Below are positions 38,191-48,902 of a DNA stretch of 64,000 nucleotides, piece after piece; position 1 is the first letter of the stretch; each line of letters starts with the position of its first letter. The position numbers were made by a program, and so were the translations under genes. The stretch covers positions 11,473 through 75,472 of the forward strand of contig JAHLMO010000001.1 of NCBI GenBank assembly GCA_018920305.1. The letters are read 5' to 3'. Under the pieces are notes generated by a model. The model was not told where the DNA came from. It saw nothing but the letters and a program-made list of their open reading frames with translations, and did no database searches. The stretch comes from Candidatus Aenigmatarchaeota archaeon (GTDB taxonomy: Archaea > Aenigmatarchaeota > Aenigmatarchaeia > CG10238-14 > SpSt-28).

Positions 38191-40635
38191 TTAAAATTTA
38201 AAAAATTGGTGTAGAGATTTTTGTTTTGTGCCCTTAAGTATATCTGTTTCACTAATATTTAATATAGAAAGCACTCTTAAGGCAGCTGGTAAAATTTGGT
38301 TGTTTATATAATAATCGATATCTATATCTTCTTTTTTTGCAAATAAAACGTATTCTGCTTTTTCAGAAATACTACTACCATACTTTGTAATTACAAAAGG
38401 AATTATACTACCTTTAGATAGATTAATTCCTCTTTGAATAGCTTTTTTAGCAGCAATTACATGTGGGCTAATTTGTTTATATTCGCTTATATCTTTAGTT
38501 AATTGCTCATATATAGTAACATCTTCTAACTTAAAATCATAATTTTTTAATTTATTTATCTCATTCCTTACATAATCAATTGCTTTATTAACATCATTTT
38601 CTTTCAATATTATTTCTAAAACATTTCTTTGAATGTTTTTAGCTAACTTACACCAATCTCTTCGTACTGTCTCAAAACCCCTAATTTCTAATTCATTACT
38701 TTCGCTTAGAAGTGCATATCTTTTCTTTGCGCCTATCTCTTTTTCTCTCCTTTTAACAAAAATTCCCCTAATATAAAAACCTCTATATTCTAATTCCATT
38801 TTACCCTTTAAAGAATTATTAACAAGATTCAGAAAATTATTTGCAATCTCAATTAACTGCTCTCTTGTTAAATTTTTATTAGAAACCATTAATGAATCTG
38901 TATCTCCATATATTATCTCTAAATTAAACTTTTTTGCCATTTCTGAAATATTTTTTATATAAAATCTTTCAAAAGCAGTAACACTTTCTGCACACTCTCT
39001 TTTATACCATCTAGCACCTATATAACCTAAATATCCATAAGTTGCATTCGCTAGAATTTTCAAAGAATATTGAAAACTATCTAATAATTTATATTCCTCG
39101 CTGTTTTTATCTATATTTTTAAGAATTTTTTTAATTTTTGCTCTTTCTTCAATTAAAAATTCTAAATGTTTAGGAATAAAACCTTTTTTAAATGTACAAA
39201 AGTGATAATTCAACTCCGGAACTTTATTTTCTTCTTTACATTTTTGATGTTCACAATTAAAAGTATCTATAGATATGTTATGAGTAACTATAATACTAGG
39301 ATATAAAGATCTAAAATCAAAAACAATTATATTTTCATGTATTCCAGTTTTTGGTTCAAAGACAAAAGCACCTTTATATGGAGTTTTCAATCTTCTAATT
39401 TGTAATTCTTCGTGTTTTGGTTTATTTGGAGCTATTTGATTATCTTTAAATGCATTTTTTAATAAATATGCTTCAACTAATTGAGAATATGTATTTCTAC
39501 AAACATCGAACAAGCTTAAATAAGTTATTTTTGATAAAGATATTAGTTGAGGTAAGAAAATCTCTAATAATTTTAAAACTAATTCACAATCCCAAACATT
39601 ATATTCAATAATTTTTTCAACGTTTTTTCCCTCTTTAAATATTTTTTGCATTTCTTCAAAAGACATTTCTTTCTTTCCATATCCTAAAAATTCTTTTGCA
39701 ACTGCATCTAAAGTTAAAACTTCTGTTTTAATAGTTGGTGACAAAATATGATCTACATAAACATAAATATCTAAATAGACTCTTCCAGGAATTTTAAAGG
39801 TTTTTATCCAACCTCTCTTAACAGTTTTTATCTTCGAATTTTCTTTGCCTATATTTAATTCTATTCCATATTTTTCGGCTTTTTCTTTCAATAAAGGAAA
39901 ATCAAAACCATCAGTATTATATCCAGCTAAGATATCTGGATCTCTTTCTTTTACTATATCAACAAATTTTTTTATTAATTCTTTTTCAGTTTTAAATACT
40001 TCACAATTTTCTATCTTAAAACTTCCAAATTCCAAACTTAATGTTTTTTTAAATCCATCATTTCCAACAATTGAGATTAAAGCGATTTTTTGGGAATTTT
40101 TTTCTTCGAAAACTTCTATATCAAATGCATATATTTTCATTTTTGGAATTTTTTGAAGTTCTATCTTTTCAATTCTTGTTGCTAAAATTTTTTTATCTTT
40201 TTCTATTCCAACAACTTTAATCCAGGAAGATGGAGAAATGTCATTATCTATTAAAAATCTTCTATAAAAAGGTATATCATATTCAAACGTTTCTATAACT
40301 TCTTCAAAATTATCCTTAATATATTTTCTAACTTTTGGAACTTTTTTTGGATTGTTTATTACTATCTTTAAAACTTTTAACTCTTTTCCTAAAAATTCTT
40401 TTTTTTGAATTTCTATCTCTTCAATTTTTGCTCCAGCAATTTTTGTTTCTTTAATTTTTTCAATAAAAGACGGAATTTTCTCTTCTTCTACATATACATA
40501 AAAATATGGTAAAAAATTTTTATAATAAACTGTATAACTCTCACCATTCTCATCTTTACAAAAAATTCTTATAACTGGTTTTTCATCTTTTGTTATCAGA
40601 TAATCAATGTCCAAAATAAACACAAGTTTTTCCAT
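38191..40635 (-). CDS. polB: Family B DNA polymerase (PolB3-like)
   Basis: Exo FDIE, YNTDGFD, YNVWD; Pol DFRSLYPS, KILANATYGY, YGDTDS; C-terminal PIP box QKSLHQFF. Confidence 0.97.
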   Translation of the reverse strand: MEKLVFILDIDYLITKDEKPVIRIFCKDENGESYTVYYKNFLPYFYVYVEEEKIPSFIEKIKETKIAGAKIEEIEIQKKEFLGKELKVLKIVINNPKKVPKVRKYIKDNFEEVIETFEYDIPFYRRFLIDNDISPSSWIKVVGIEKDKKILATRIEKIELQKIPKMKIYAFDIEVFEEKNSQKIALISIVGNDGFKKTLSLEFGSFKIENCEVFKTEKELIKKFVDIVKERDPDILAGYNTDGFDFPLLKEKAEKYGIELNIGKENSKIKTVKRGWIKTFKIPGRVYLDIYVYVDHILSPTIKTEVLTLDAVAKEFLGYGKKEMSFEEMQKIFKEGKNVEKIIEYNVWDCELVLKLLEIFLPQLISLSKITYLSLFDVCRNTYSQLVEAYLLKNAFKDNQIAPNKPKHEELQIRRLKTPYKGAFVFEPKTGIHENIIVFDFRSLYPSIIVTHNISIDTFNCEHQKCKEENKVPELNYHFCTFKKGFIPKHLEFLIEERAKIKKILKNIDKNSEEYKLLDSFQYSLKILANATYGYLGYIGARWYKRECAESVTAFERFYIKNISEMAKKFNLEIIYGDTDSLMVSNKNLTREQLIEIANNFLNLVNNSLKGKMELEYRGFYIRGIFVKRREKEIGAKKRYALLSESNELEIRGFETVRRDWCKLAKNIQRNVLEIILKENDVNKAIDYVRNEINKLKNYDFKLEDVTIYEQLTKDISEYKQISPHVIAAKKAIQRGINLSKGSIIPFVITKYGSSISEKAEYVLFAKKEDIDIDYYINNQILPAALRVLSILNISETDILKGTKQKSLHQFFKF

Positions 40636-40661
40636 AAATAAGATGATTCATTAAAACAATT

Positions 40662-41351
40662 ATGAGAATAGCAATTTTATTTAGCGGTGGTAAAGATTCT
40701 ACTTACACAATTTTAAAATCTTTTGAAGATGGTTATAAAGTTAAATATTTATTTACTGTTAAACCTAAAAATAAAGATTCATATATGTTTCATTCAGTAG
40801 CATTAGATATAACTAAGATACAAGCAGAATTAATGAATATAAAGCACTTTTATATTGAAGTTAGTGGAGAAAAAGAAAAAGAAGTTGAAGAATTAATTGA
40901 AAAATTAAGAGAATTTTCTGAAGAAATCGATGCTATAGGAATAGGTGGAATTAAAAGTAAATATCAATATATTAGATTTAAAAAAGTATGTGATGAGTTA
41001 AATTTAAAACTATATATGCCTCTACATAATATCGATTGTGAAAAATATTGGAGACTTTTATTGGAAAAAAAATTTAAAATAATTATAACAAAAGTTAGTG
41101 CTGAAGGTTTAGATAAAGAGTTTTTAGGAAAAATTATAGATGAAAAAATTTTGAACGAATTAATAAATAAAAGTAAAAAATTTGGTTTCGATCTATGTTT
41201 TGAAGGCGGAGAAGCAGAGACTTTAGTACTTGATTGCCCTTTATTTAAAAGGGAAATTAAATTAAAAAAATTTAAACTGATATCTGAAAATCTTTCTCAT
41301 TTTCTAGAAATTGAAGATATAGAAATTGTAGATAAGTCAAATTCTTTATAA
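40662..41351 (+). CDS. dph6: Diphthine-ammonia ligase (Dph6)
   Basis: LFSGGKDS, DSYMFH, EGGEAETLVLDCPLF. Confidence 0.9.
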   Translation: MRIAILFSGGKDSTYTILKSFEDGYKVKYLFTVKPKNKDSYMFHSVALDITKIQAELMNIKHFYIEVSGEKEKEVEELIEKLREFSEEIDAIGIGGIKSKYQYIRFKKVCDELNLKLYMPLHNIDCEKYWRLLLEKKFKIIITKVSAEGLDKEFLGKIIDEKILNELINKSKKFGFDLCFEGGEAETLVLDCPLFKREIKLKKFKLISENLSHFLEIEDIEIVDKSNSL

Positions 41352-42746
41352 AAGATAAATAATTAAAGAAGAAATGAAAAAGAAAAGAATTACTAAAACA
41401 AAATTTATTTTTAATATTTCTATTTCTTTTCCTTTTAATTCATCTATCATTGTAGTTATTGCTATTATATTAAATAAAGATATCATATTACCCAAACCCG
41501 CACCAATATTTTGTAAAGCCACTATTTTGTTAACATCTAAACCAAGTTCTAAAGCTATTTCTTTTTGAATATTTACAAAAGTTAAATTAGATAAAGTCGC
41601 AGAACCAAATATAAAAGCACCAAAAATTCCTATCAAGGGAGCAATGAAAAAATAAACATCTTTATCAATTTTCACTAGATGTTGATTTATTATATCTAAT
41701 ACGCTCGGTGAATTAGTAGAATTTCTTCCAGAAAAAGTTAAATAACTTGAAAGAAAAGACAAGAAAAATATTATTAGAAATAATTTTAGAGATTTGTTTA
41801 ATAAATCTAAGCTCTCATTATATATTTTTATTTTTTCTTCTCTTTCTTTTAAAATGATTAAAATTAAAGAAATTAATAAAACTATTGGAGCTATGTTAAA
41901 ATTAGATAATATCTTATTTATTAATTCTACATTTAAAAACTTCAAGAAGACAAAAGCTATTATAGAAATAAAGAAAGGGTAAAAAACTTTTAAAAAATTT
42001 TTAAAAATAGTAACATTTTCGATGAATAAATAAATAATAGCTCCTAGAGCTGCAAAAATTATCGTAAAGACAAAAAAATCTGTTCTAGATATAGCAAAGA
42101 CAATTAAAGAAAAAATTGAGAAAGCAATTATTATTTTAACTATTTCGTTAAAATTAATATTTTCTTTTTTCTCTAACTTTGTATATAGAAAATAAGAAGA
42201 AAAAAGTATGAAAAAAGCTAGTATAGAAAAAACATACCCAACTAATTTAACAAATTCTAAACTTTCTAAACCTTTATTACCAATAATAATAGGTGTTGCA
42301 AAAGCTCCAAAAGTCGAGTACGAATCAGAAATAAGAGAAACTGAAGCAGAAAGCACTGGATTAAAATTAAGATTATAAAGAGTTTTTGTACATATCATTC
42401 CTGGTGTTCCGAATCCAACTAAACCTTCAAGTAATATAGTTAAGAAAACTCCAATAGTTATGAAAACTAAAAAGTTTTTCTGCTTAAAAGAAAGGAAAAA
42501 ACTCTTATTTTCTTTTTCTACTATTTTAAATAGTAATAGCAAAGAAAAGACTAACAAAAAAACTCTAAAAGCAGTAAATAATGAGTCTAAATTCGCAATT
42601 AAAATTTCATGAAAATAAACTCCATAAATAAACGAAATAAAAAGCGTTATTAAATAAGTTATTAAAGATGCTTTGAATAAGTCTCTTAAAAGTAGGATAG
42701 AAAGAAAAATAGCTAAAAATGGTAATAATACTATAATATAAATCAT
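41346..42746 (-). CDS. lctP: L-lactate permease family transporter
   Basis: LEGLVGFGTP, FGAFATPI, GAFIFGSATLSNLTF, ALQNIGAGLGNMIS. Confidence 0.8.
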   Translation of the reverse strand: MIYIIVLLPFLAIFLSILLLRDLFKASLITYLITLFISFIYGVYFHEILIANLDSLFTAFRVFLLVFSLLLLFKIVEKENKSFFLSFKQKNFLVFITIGVFLTILLEGLVGFGTPGMICTKTLYNLNFNPVLSASVSLISDSYSTFGAFATPIIIGNKGLESLEFVKLVGYVFSILAFFILFSSYFLYTKLEKKENINFNEIVKIIIAFSIFSLIVFAISRTDFFVFTIIFAALGAIIYLFIENVTIFKNFLKVFYPFFISIIAFVFLKFLNVELINKILSNFNIAPIVLLISLILIILKEREEKIKIYNESLDLLNKSLKLFLIIFFLSFLSSYLTFSGRNSTNSPSVLDIINQHLVKIDKDVYFFIAPLIGIFGAFIFGSATLSNLTFVNIQKEIALELGLDVNKIVALQNIGAGLGNMISLFNIIAITTMIDELKGKEIEILKINFVLVILFFFISSLIIYLL

Positions 42747-42767
42747 ATAAAGATTAAGAGAAAAAAT

Positions 42768-43082
42768 TTAAATTACCTTAATCTTCACATCGATTTCATT
42801 ACCAAAATCAATCCTCATAATTTGTTTTAGCACTCTCTCATCTGGCTGTAAATAAATTAATCTTTTATGTATTCTCATCTCCCAAACTTCCCAAGTTGCA
42901 TTTCCATGACCAGTACCATCTTTAATATTTGCCATCGTATAAACTTTTAATCTTTTTGTTGGTAATGGTATTGGACCTTTAAACATTATTCCGTGCTTCT
43001 TTGCTATACTAATAATTTCATTTGTAACTCTCTGTAATTCTTCTAAATTTCTACTTGCTAACTTTATTATTACCTTATCCAT
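42768..43082 (-). CDS. rpsJ: Ribosomal protein uS10
   Basis: KGPIPLPTKRL, WEMRIHKRLI. Confidence 0.95.
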   Translation of the reverse strand: MDKVIIKLASRNLEELQRVTNEIISIAKKHGIMFKGPIPLPTKRLKVYTMANIKDGTGHGNATWEVWEMRIHKRLIYLQPDERVLKQIMRIDFGNEIDVKIKVI

Positions 43083-43242
43083 ATATTACTTATTAAACTA
43101 TCAAAAATATATTATTTTAGATCAAATTTAAGGTGTTTATTGATGCTTATTTATATAATTTTTTGTAGAAATCTATATATATTAAAAACAGAAAAATATT
43201 TATTTTTATCGATAAAAAACAAATTTACTTCAAAGTAATAAC

Positions 43243-44331
43243 ATGGAAATACAAAAATCAAAATGTAAAGTTTGCGGAAGCGAAAACATAATTTTTGATT
43301 CAAGTAGAGGCGAATATCTCTGTCAAAATTGTGGAGCTGTCCTAGAAGATTATGTCATTGATTTATCTCAAGAATGGAGAGCTTTTAGTAGCGAACAATT
43401 AGAAAGAAGAGCAAGAACAGGTAGTCCATTGTCTATTGTTAAACATGATAAAGGATTATCAACACAAGTTGGAAAGGGAACAGCAGAGCTATATAAGGTT
43501 CCTACCGAAAAAAGATTTCAATACTATAGATTAACTCAATGGAGTAAAAGGTTGTCGACTTCAAAAGACAGAAACATAAGTTATGCATTATCAGAATTAC
43601 AAAGAATTGTATCTTCATTACAGCTTCCGAAAACTGTTTTAGAAAGAGCTGCAATGTATTACGAACAGTTAATAAGTAGAGGTGCAATAAGAGGAAGAAG
43701 TCTAGAAGGTATAATTGCTTCTTTAGTCTATTATGCTGCAAAAGAATTACATACACCAAGAACATTTGATGAAATCGCTGAAGTTGTTGGAATAGATAAA
43801 AGAGAATTAGGAAGAGTATATAGATATGTTGCAAGAGAACTTGGATTAAGAATATTGCCAGCAGATGCGAGAGATTTTATACCTAGATTCTGTAGTTTAA
43901 TAAATGTAAGTGAAAAAGTTCAAAAAAGAGCATTAGAATTATTAGAGCAAGCAGAGAAAGCTGGAATTGTAAGTGGAAAAGGTCCAACAGGAATCGCTGC
44001 TGCTGTAATATTTATTGCATCCTTATTAGAAGGAGAAAGAAGAACTCAAAGAGAAATTGCTGAAAAATGTAAACTAACTGAAGTAACAATAAGAAATAGA
44101 TATAAGGAAATTGTTGAGAGATTAGGATTAGAAAATATTATAAAAGAAAAAGAGGCTGAATTGGAAAAAGAAGAAACTATAGAAAAGAAAATAGAGAAAA
44201 AAGAGGAAAAAGTTATAATACCATTAATAAAAAAGAAAGAAGAGAAAAAAGAGGAAAAAAAGATAGGAAAAAAAGAGAAGAAAAAAGAAAAGAAGGTTAA
44301 GAAGAAAAAAAGCAAAAAAGTTAAAAAGTAG
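43243..44331 (+). CDS. tfb: Transcription initiation factor IIB with Lys/Glu-rich C-terminal tail
   Basis: Zn ribbon CKVC/CQNC, EWRAF, HDKGLST, two cyclin repeats, TEVTIRNRYKE. Confidence 0.97.
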   Translation: MEIQKSKCKVCGSENIIFDSSRGEYLCQNCGAVLEDYVIDLSQEWRAFSSEQLERRARTGSPLSIVKHDKGLSTQVGKGTAELYKVPTEKRFQYYRLTQWSKRLSTSKDRNISYALSELQRIVSSLQLPKTVLERAAMYYEQLISRGAIRGRSLEGIIASLVYYAAKELHTPRTFDEIAEVVGIDKRELGRVYRYVARELGLRILPADARDFIPRFCSLINVSEKVQKRALELLEQAEKAGIVSGKGPTGIAAAVIFIASLLEGERRTQREIAEKCKLTEVTIRNRYKEIVERLGLENIIKEKEAELEKEETIEKKIEKKEEKVIIPLIKKKEEKKEEKKIGKKEKKKEKKVKKKKSKKVKK

Positions 44332-44347
44332 AAATAAGAAAATTTAT

Positions 44348-45994
44348 ATGAAGTATTTAGTAACTTCTGCGCTACCCTATACAAACAATTTACCACACAT
44401 AGGAAACATAGCTGGATCTCATTTGCCTGCTGATATCTTTCAAAAATTATTAAGAATTTTTGGATATGATGTTCTTTTTGTTGGAGGTACAGATGAGCAT
44501 GGAAGCCCAATTGAAATAGCTGCAATAAAAGAAAAGACAACTCCAAAAGAATTGTGTGATAAGTACTACGTTTTACACAAAAAAATTTATGAGTGGTTAA
44601 GAATTGATTACGATAACTTTTCAAGAACTTCTAATAAGACTAATCACGAAATGACTCAGTATATCTTTAATAAATTATACGAAAACAAGTATATTTTTGA
44701 AGATAAAATAATTTTACCATATTGTGAAAATGATAAAAAATTTTTGCCAGATAGATATGTTGAGGGTACATGTCCATATTGTAAATATGAAAGAGCAAGA
44801 GGAGATCAATGCGAAAATTGCGGAAGATTATTAGATCCAAAAGATTTGATAAATCCTAAGTGTTCTATTTGTGGAAATAGACCTATATTTAAAGAGTCAA
44901 AACACTTATTTATCGATTTAAGAAAATTAGAAAAAAAACTATTAAAATGGATTAATAAGAATAAACATTGGAAAGAAAATGTAAGAAATTTTGCTATAAG
45001 CTGGATCAAAGAAGGATTAAAACCAAGAAGTATTACTAGAGATTTAAGTTGGGGTATAAAAGTTCCACTGGAAGGATACGAAGATAAAGTTTTTTACGTT
45101 TGGTTTGATGCTCCAATAGGTTATATTTCATCAACAAAAGAATATTTCGAAAAAATTGGAAAAGAAGAAGAATGGAAAAATTATTGGCTAAAAGGATCTA
45201 AAGCAAAAATATATCATTTTTTAGGAAAAGATAATATTCCTTTTCATACTATATTTTGGCCTGCAATCTTAATGGGAACTAAGGAATTTAATTTGCCTTA
45301 TAATGTTGTTGGTTTAGAATATCTTAATTTTGAAAACAGAAAAATATCTAAAAGTCAAAATTGGGGTGTATTTTTTGAAATAGAAAATGATAAAATTTTT
45401 ATAAGAATTAAAGATAAACTATATGAAATCGATAGCGATTATATAAGATTTTATTTAGCTTATATTTTACCAGAAAATAAGGATACAAATTTTTTTGTTG
45501 AAGAATTTAAAGAAAAAATTAATAAAGAACTTATTGGGAATTTTGGAAACTTTACCTATAGAGTCTTAAGTTTTATTGAAAAATATTATTCACTAAAAAT
45601 TCCAAATGCTAAATTAAATAAAGAAGATAAGAAAATTTTAAATATATTTAAAGAATCAAAAAAGGAAATAAAAATTTTTATTAAAAATGTTGAAATAAAA
45701 AAAGTATTATATAAAATTTTAGAATTATCATCGATGGCAAATAAATTTTTCCAAGAAAACGAACCATGGAAAAATGAAAAAAATAGAGATAAGATTATAA
45801 TGATTAGTGCAAATTTAGTTAAAGATTTAGCTATTTTATTCTGGCCCTTTATAACAAAAGGTTCAGAAAAAATATTTGATCTGCTTAATTATAATTTTAA
45901 ACCACAAAATTCAATTAAAAGAATTGGAAAAATAGAATTAAAAAATCACATAATTAAAAAACCTGAAATTATATTTAAGCCTTTAGAAATTTAA
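44348..45994 (+). CDS. metG: Methionyl-tRNA synthetase (no C-terminal tRNA-binding domain)
   Basis: HIGN, GTDEHG, Zn knuckles, YVWFDA, GKDNIPFH, KISKS. Confidence 0.97.
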   Translation: MKYLVTSALPYTNNLPHIGNIAGSHLPADIFQKLLRIFGYDVLFVGGTDEHGSPIEIAAIKEKTTPKELCDKYYVLHKKIYEWLRIDYDNFSRTSNKTNHEMTQYIFNKLYENKYIFEDKIILPYCENDKKFLPDRYVEGTCPYCKYERARGDQCENCGRLLDPKDLINPKCSICGNRPIFKESKHLFIDLRKLEKKLLKWINKNKHWKENVRNFAISWIKEGLKPRSITRDLSWGIKVPLEGYEDKVFYVWFDAPIGYISSTKEYFEKIGKEEEWKNYWLKGSKAKIYHFLGKDNIPFHTIFWPAILMGTKEFNLPYNVVGLEYLNFENRKISKSQNWGVFFEIENDKIFIRIKDKLYEIDSDYIRFYLAYILPENKDTNFFVEEFKEKINKELIGNFGNFTYRVLSFIEKYYSLKIPNAKLNKEDKKILNIFKESKKEIKIFIKNVEIKKVLYKILELSSMANKFFQENEPWKNEKNRDKIIMISANLVKDLAILFWPFITKGSEKIFDLLNYNFKPQNSIKRIGKIELKNHIIKKPEIIFKPLEI

Positions 45995-46003
45995 TAATTT
46001 AGC

Positions 46004-46717
46004 TCAATCTTTTTTATACTTTGGAATGTTTTTTAATGCATCAAACATTGCTTGAATTAAGTTCATATGCTGTTTAGTTCTTCCAAAAGTTTTACTCCAT
46101 ACATCTTTTATTCCAGCAAGTCTTAGCAATTTTTTACTTTCATCATCTACAACTAATCCAGTACCTTTTGGAGCTGGAATTAATATTACCTTTACACTTC
46201 CACTTTTTCCATAAGTTTTCCACGGAATAGAATGTTCTTCTTTACACCAACATTCCCAGCTTCCACAACCTCTATAAACCTTTATAATATTTAATTTTGC
46301 TTTTCTAACTGCTTTTAAATATGCACTTCTTCCATCTTTTGCTTTTCCTCTTCCTATACCTACATGCCCATTTTCATCTCCAACAATAACCATTACAGAA
46401 TATCTTATTCTTCTTCCACTTGCCGTTACTTTTTGACTTCTTTTTATTGGAATTCTCTTACCAGCACCTCCTTTAGTTCCTCCCTTTCCAACTAATACTG
46501 GCTCTATTTTTAAATTTGGTAATAGAATATCCACTATTTCTGGCTCTAATATTTTTAAATTCTTCTCAAGAATCTCATCTATACTTTTTATTTTTCCCTC
46601 TAAAACTAACTTACCTAGCTTAGTTCTAGGTTTCCAATTAGCCAAAGATTCAGGTAGTGGTAATTTTATTTCCTCAGTTTGTTCTATTTGGTCTTGAACT
46701 TCTTCTACATTAACCAT
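46004..46717 (-). CDS. rps5: Ribosomal protein uS5
   Basis: WKPRTKLG, GDENGHVG, RGCGSWEC, PAPKGTGLV. Confidence 0.95.
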   Translation of the reverse strand: MVNVEEVQDQIEQTEEIKLPLPESLANWKPRTKLGKLVLEGKIKSIDEILEKNLKILEPEIVDILLPNLKIEPVLVGKGGTKGGAGKRIPIKRSQKVTASGRRIRYSVMVIVGDENGHVGIGRGKAKDGRSAYLKAVRKAKLNIIKVYRGCGSWECWCKEEHSIPWKTYGKSGSVKVILIPAPKGTGLVVDDESKKLLRLAGIKDVWSKTFGRTKQHMNLIQAMFDALKNIPKYKKD

Positions 46718-47237
46718 AATCTTTTAATATTTGTTCCTTAACTTTATAAAAATCATTTGTTATATTTTTAAACTTTTCTATATAACTAGCTATATGTCTT
46801 CCTTCTATTCTATCTTGCGAAGGTAATATTTTTTCGTTATGTGGAATTTTTAATCCAGCATCTATAGCACCTTTTAAAACTGCATATATTCTATTTCCTT
46901 TTGTACTTCTATTTAATCCTATATCTAATATTGCTTCTTGAATGTTATTTTTCAATGCTAGCTTACCAATTATTAATCCAGTTAAATAAGCTGCAGGCAA
47001 ATTTTTACAAGAATATTGCCAATTATATTTATCTTTTAATATTTTTGAAGTTATGCCAATTATCGTATAATCTTGAGCCTCTTTAGATTTAACTAATTGT
47101 GCAATAATATATTTATTTGTTTTTCTTACAACTAATCTTATTTTTCCGCTTTTTAACAAACCAATTCTTTGTCTATAGTCTGTTTTAAACTTTCTTCTTC
47201 TTCTGTATGGCATTTTATAAGTAGTTTTTTGAACCAT
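46710..47237 (-). CDS. rpl18: Ribosomal protein uL18
   Basis: RRRRKFKTDY, RLVVRKTN, NLPAAYLTG, LDIGL. Confidence 0.95.
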   Translation of the reverse strand: MVQKTTYKMPYRRRRKFKTDYRQRIGLLKSGKIRLVVRKTNKYIIAQLVKSKEAQDYTIIGITSKILKDKYNWQYSCKNLPAAYLTGLIIGKLALKNNIQEAILDIGLNRSTKGNRIYAVLKGAIDAGLKIPHNEKILPSQDRIEGRHIASYIEKFKNITNDFYKVKEQILKDYG

Positions 47238-47238
47238 T

Positions 47239-47658
47239 CTATTCTTTTTCTTTTATTAATTTATGTGTTTCAATATACAGTTTTAAATGAGAAACGTTTC
47301 TAAAAAATCCCCCTTTAGCTAAACTTCTTAACTTTTTATATGTTTGATTATCTATTTTTCCTTCCTCTTTTAATTTCTTTAAAAATCTTCTTATTGGTCT
47401 AATTCTGTTTATCCATTGTCTTTTTCGAGAAATTATAGAATATTTGCCGCCTTTTCTTACATGTTTTTTTTCTTTTTTATCTTTTCTCTCTAAAAAATCT
47501 TTTTTAACTTTAACTATTCCTCTAAATATTAATTTTTTTACATCAGCTGCAGTAATTGCTTTTTCTGCCTCTTTAATTTGAGATGGGTCTATCCATACTT
47601 TACTCTTTCCAACTTTTAATATTCTAGCTGCTAACCTTTTAACAGTTTCTAATGCCAT
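47239..47658 (-). CDS. rpl19e: Ribosomal protein eL19
   Basis: KRLAARILKVGKSKVWIDP, WINRIR, AKGGFF. Confidence 0.95.
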   Translation of the reverse strand: MALETVKRLAARILKVGKSKVWIDPSQIKEAEKAITAADVKKLIFRGIVKVKKDFLERKDKKEKKHVRKGGKYSIISRKRQWINRIRPIRRFLKKLKEEGKIDNQTYKKLRSLAKGGFFRNVSHLKLYIETHKLIKEKE

Positions 47659-47761
47659 TATTATATTTAATTTTTTAAATTTTTAATATAAGAAACTTCA
47701 ACATATTATAGAATATCGAATAAACTTTACCCAAAATAATATAAAAAACAAAATTTAATTT

Positions 47762-48898
47762 ATGCTTTGGGTTTTTAAATATAGGCCAAAAAGCTTGAAC
47801 GAATTTGTAAATCAAAAAGAAGCAATACAAAAATTTATACAATGGTATAAAAATTGGAAAAATATTAAAAAAGCTGCTTTATTATTTGGTCCGCCTGGAA
47901 CTGGAAAGAGTTGTTTTGTTGAAGCTTTTGCTAGAGATAATAATTTAGAACTAATACAATTAAATGCTAGCGACAAAAGAGATTATAACTCTATTAGAAA
48001 TATTATTGGAAATGCGGCAAAAACTTTAAGTATTTCTAAAAAAGGAAAAATGTTTTTTATAGATGAGGTTGATGGAATTTCTGCTAGAGAAGACACTGGT
48101 GCAGTAAAAGAAATTATTAGAATTATTCAAGAATCAAAATTTCCAATAGTTTTAGCAGCTAATGATCCGTTTGATCCAAAATTAAAGGAATTAAGAGAAA
48201 ATTGCGAATTAATAGAATTTAAAAGATTAAGTGTTTTTGATATTGAAAAAAAGCTTATTGAAATATTAGAAAAAGAGGGAATAAAGTATGATAGAAGTAT
48301 TGTAAGAGAAATTGCAAGTAGAAACAATGGAGATTTAAGAGGGGCTATAAATGATTTAGAAATTGTTGCTAGAAATAAAAAAGAAATAAAAAGAGAAGAT
48401 CTAGAAATATTAGGATTTAGAGATAGAGAACAACAAATATTCGAAGCACTAAAAATTCTTTTTAAAACGAAAAGTGCTATGGCTGCAAAATTGAGTATTG
48501 TTAATTTAGATATGGAACCTGATGAAATATTTTATTGGATTGAGGAAAACATTGCAAACGAATATGAAAAAATAGAAGAAATTGCACGCGCATACGAATG
48601 TTTAAGCAAAGCGGATTTATTTAGAAAAAGAATATTATCTAGACAAAATTGGAGATATTTAGTTTATATGAATGATTTAATGGCAATTGGAGTCGCATTA
48701 TCTAAAAAAGAAATGTATAGAAAATTTACAAAATATAGACCACCAAGTATTTTGAAACTACTAGCACAAACAAAACAGATAAGAGAACAGGAAAAGATAA
48801 AGTTGAAAGAATTTACCGAAAAATTACACTGTTCAACAAAAAAGATTAAAACAGAGTTTATGCCATATTTATCAAAAATTTTTGAAGGAAAAAAATAA
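47762..48898 (+). CDS. rfcL: Replication factor C large subunit
   Basis: WVFKYRP, GPPGTGKS, LNASD, IDEVDG, GDLRGAINDL. Confidence 0.95.
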   Translation: MLWVFKYRPKSLNEFVNQKEAIQKFIQWYKNWKNIKKAALLFGPPGTGKSCFVEAFARDNNLELIQLNASDKRDYNSIRNIIGNAAKTLSISKKGKMFFIDEVDGISAREDTGAVKEIIRIIQESKFPIVLAANDPFDPKLKELRENCELIEFKRLSVFDIEKKLIEILEKEGIKYDRSIVREIASRNNGDLRGAINDLEIVARNKKEIKREDLEILGFRDREQQIFEALKILFKTKSAMAAKLSIVNLDMEPDEIFYWIEENIANEYEKIEEIARAYECLSKADLFRKRILSRQNWRYLVYMNDLMAIGVALSKKEMYRKFTKYRPPSILKLLAQTKQIREQEKIKLKEFTEKLHCSTKKIKTEFMPYLSKIFEGKK

Positions 48899-48902
48899 TT
48901 TT

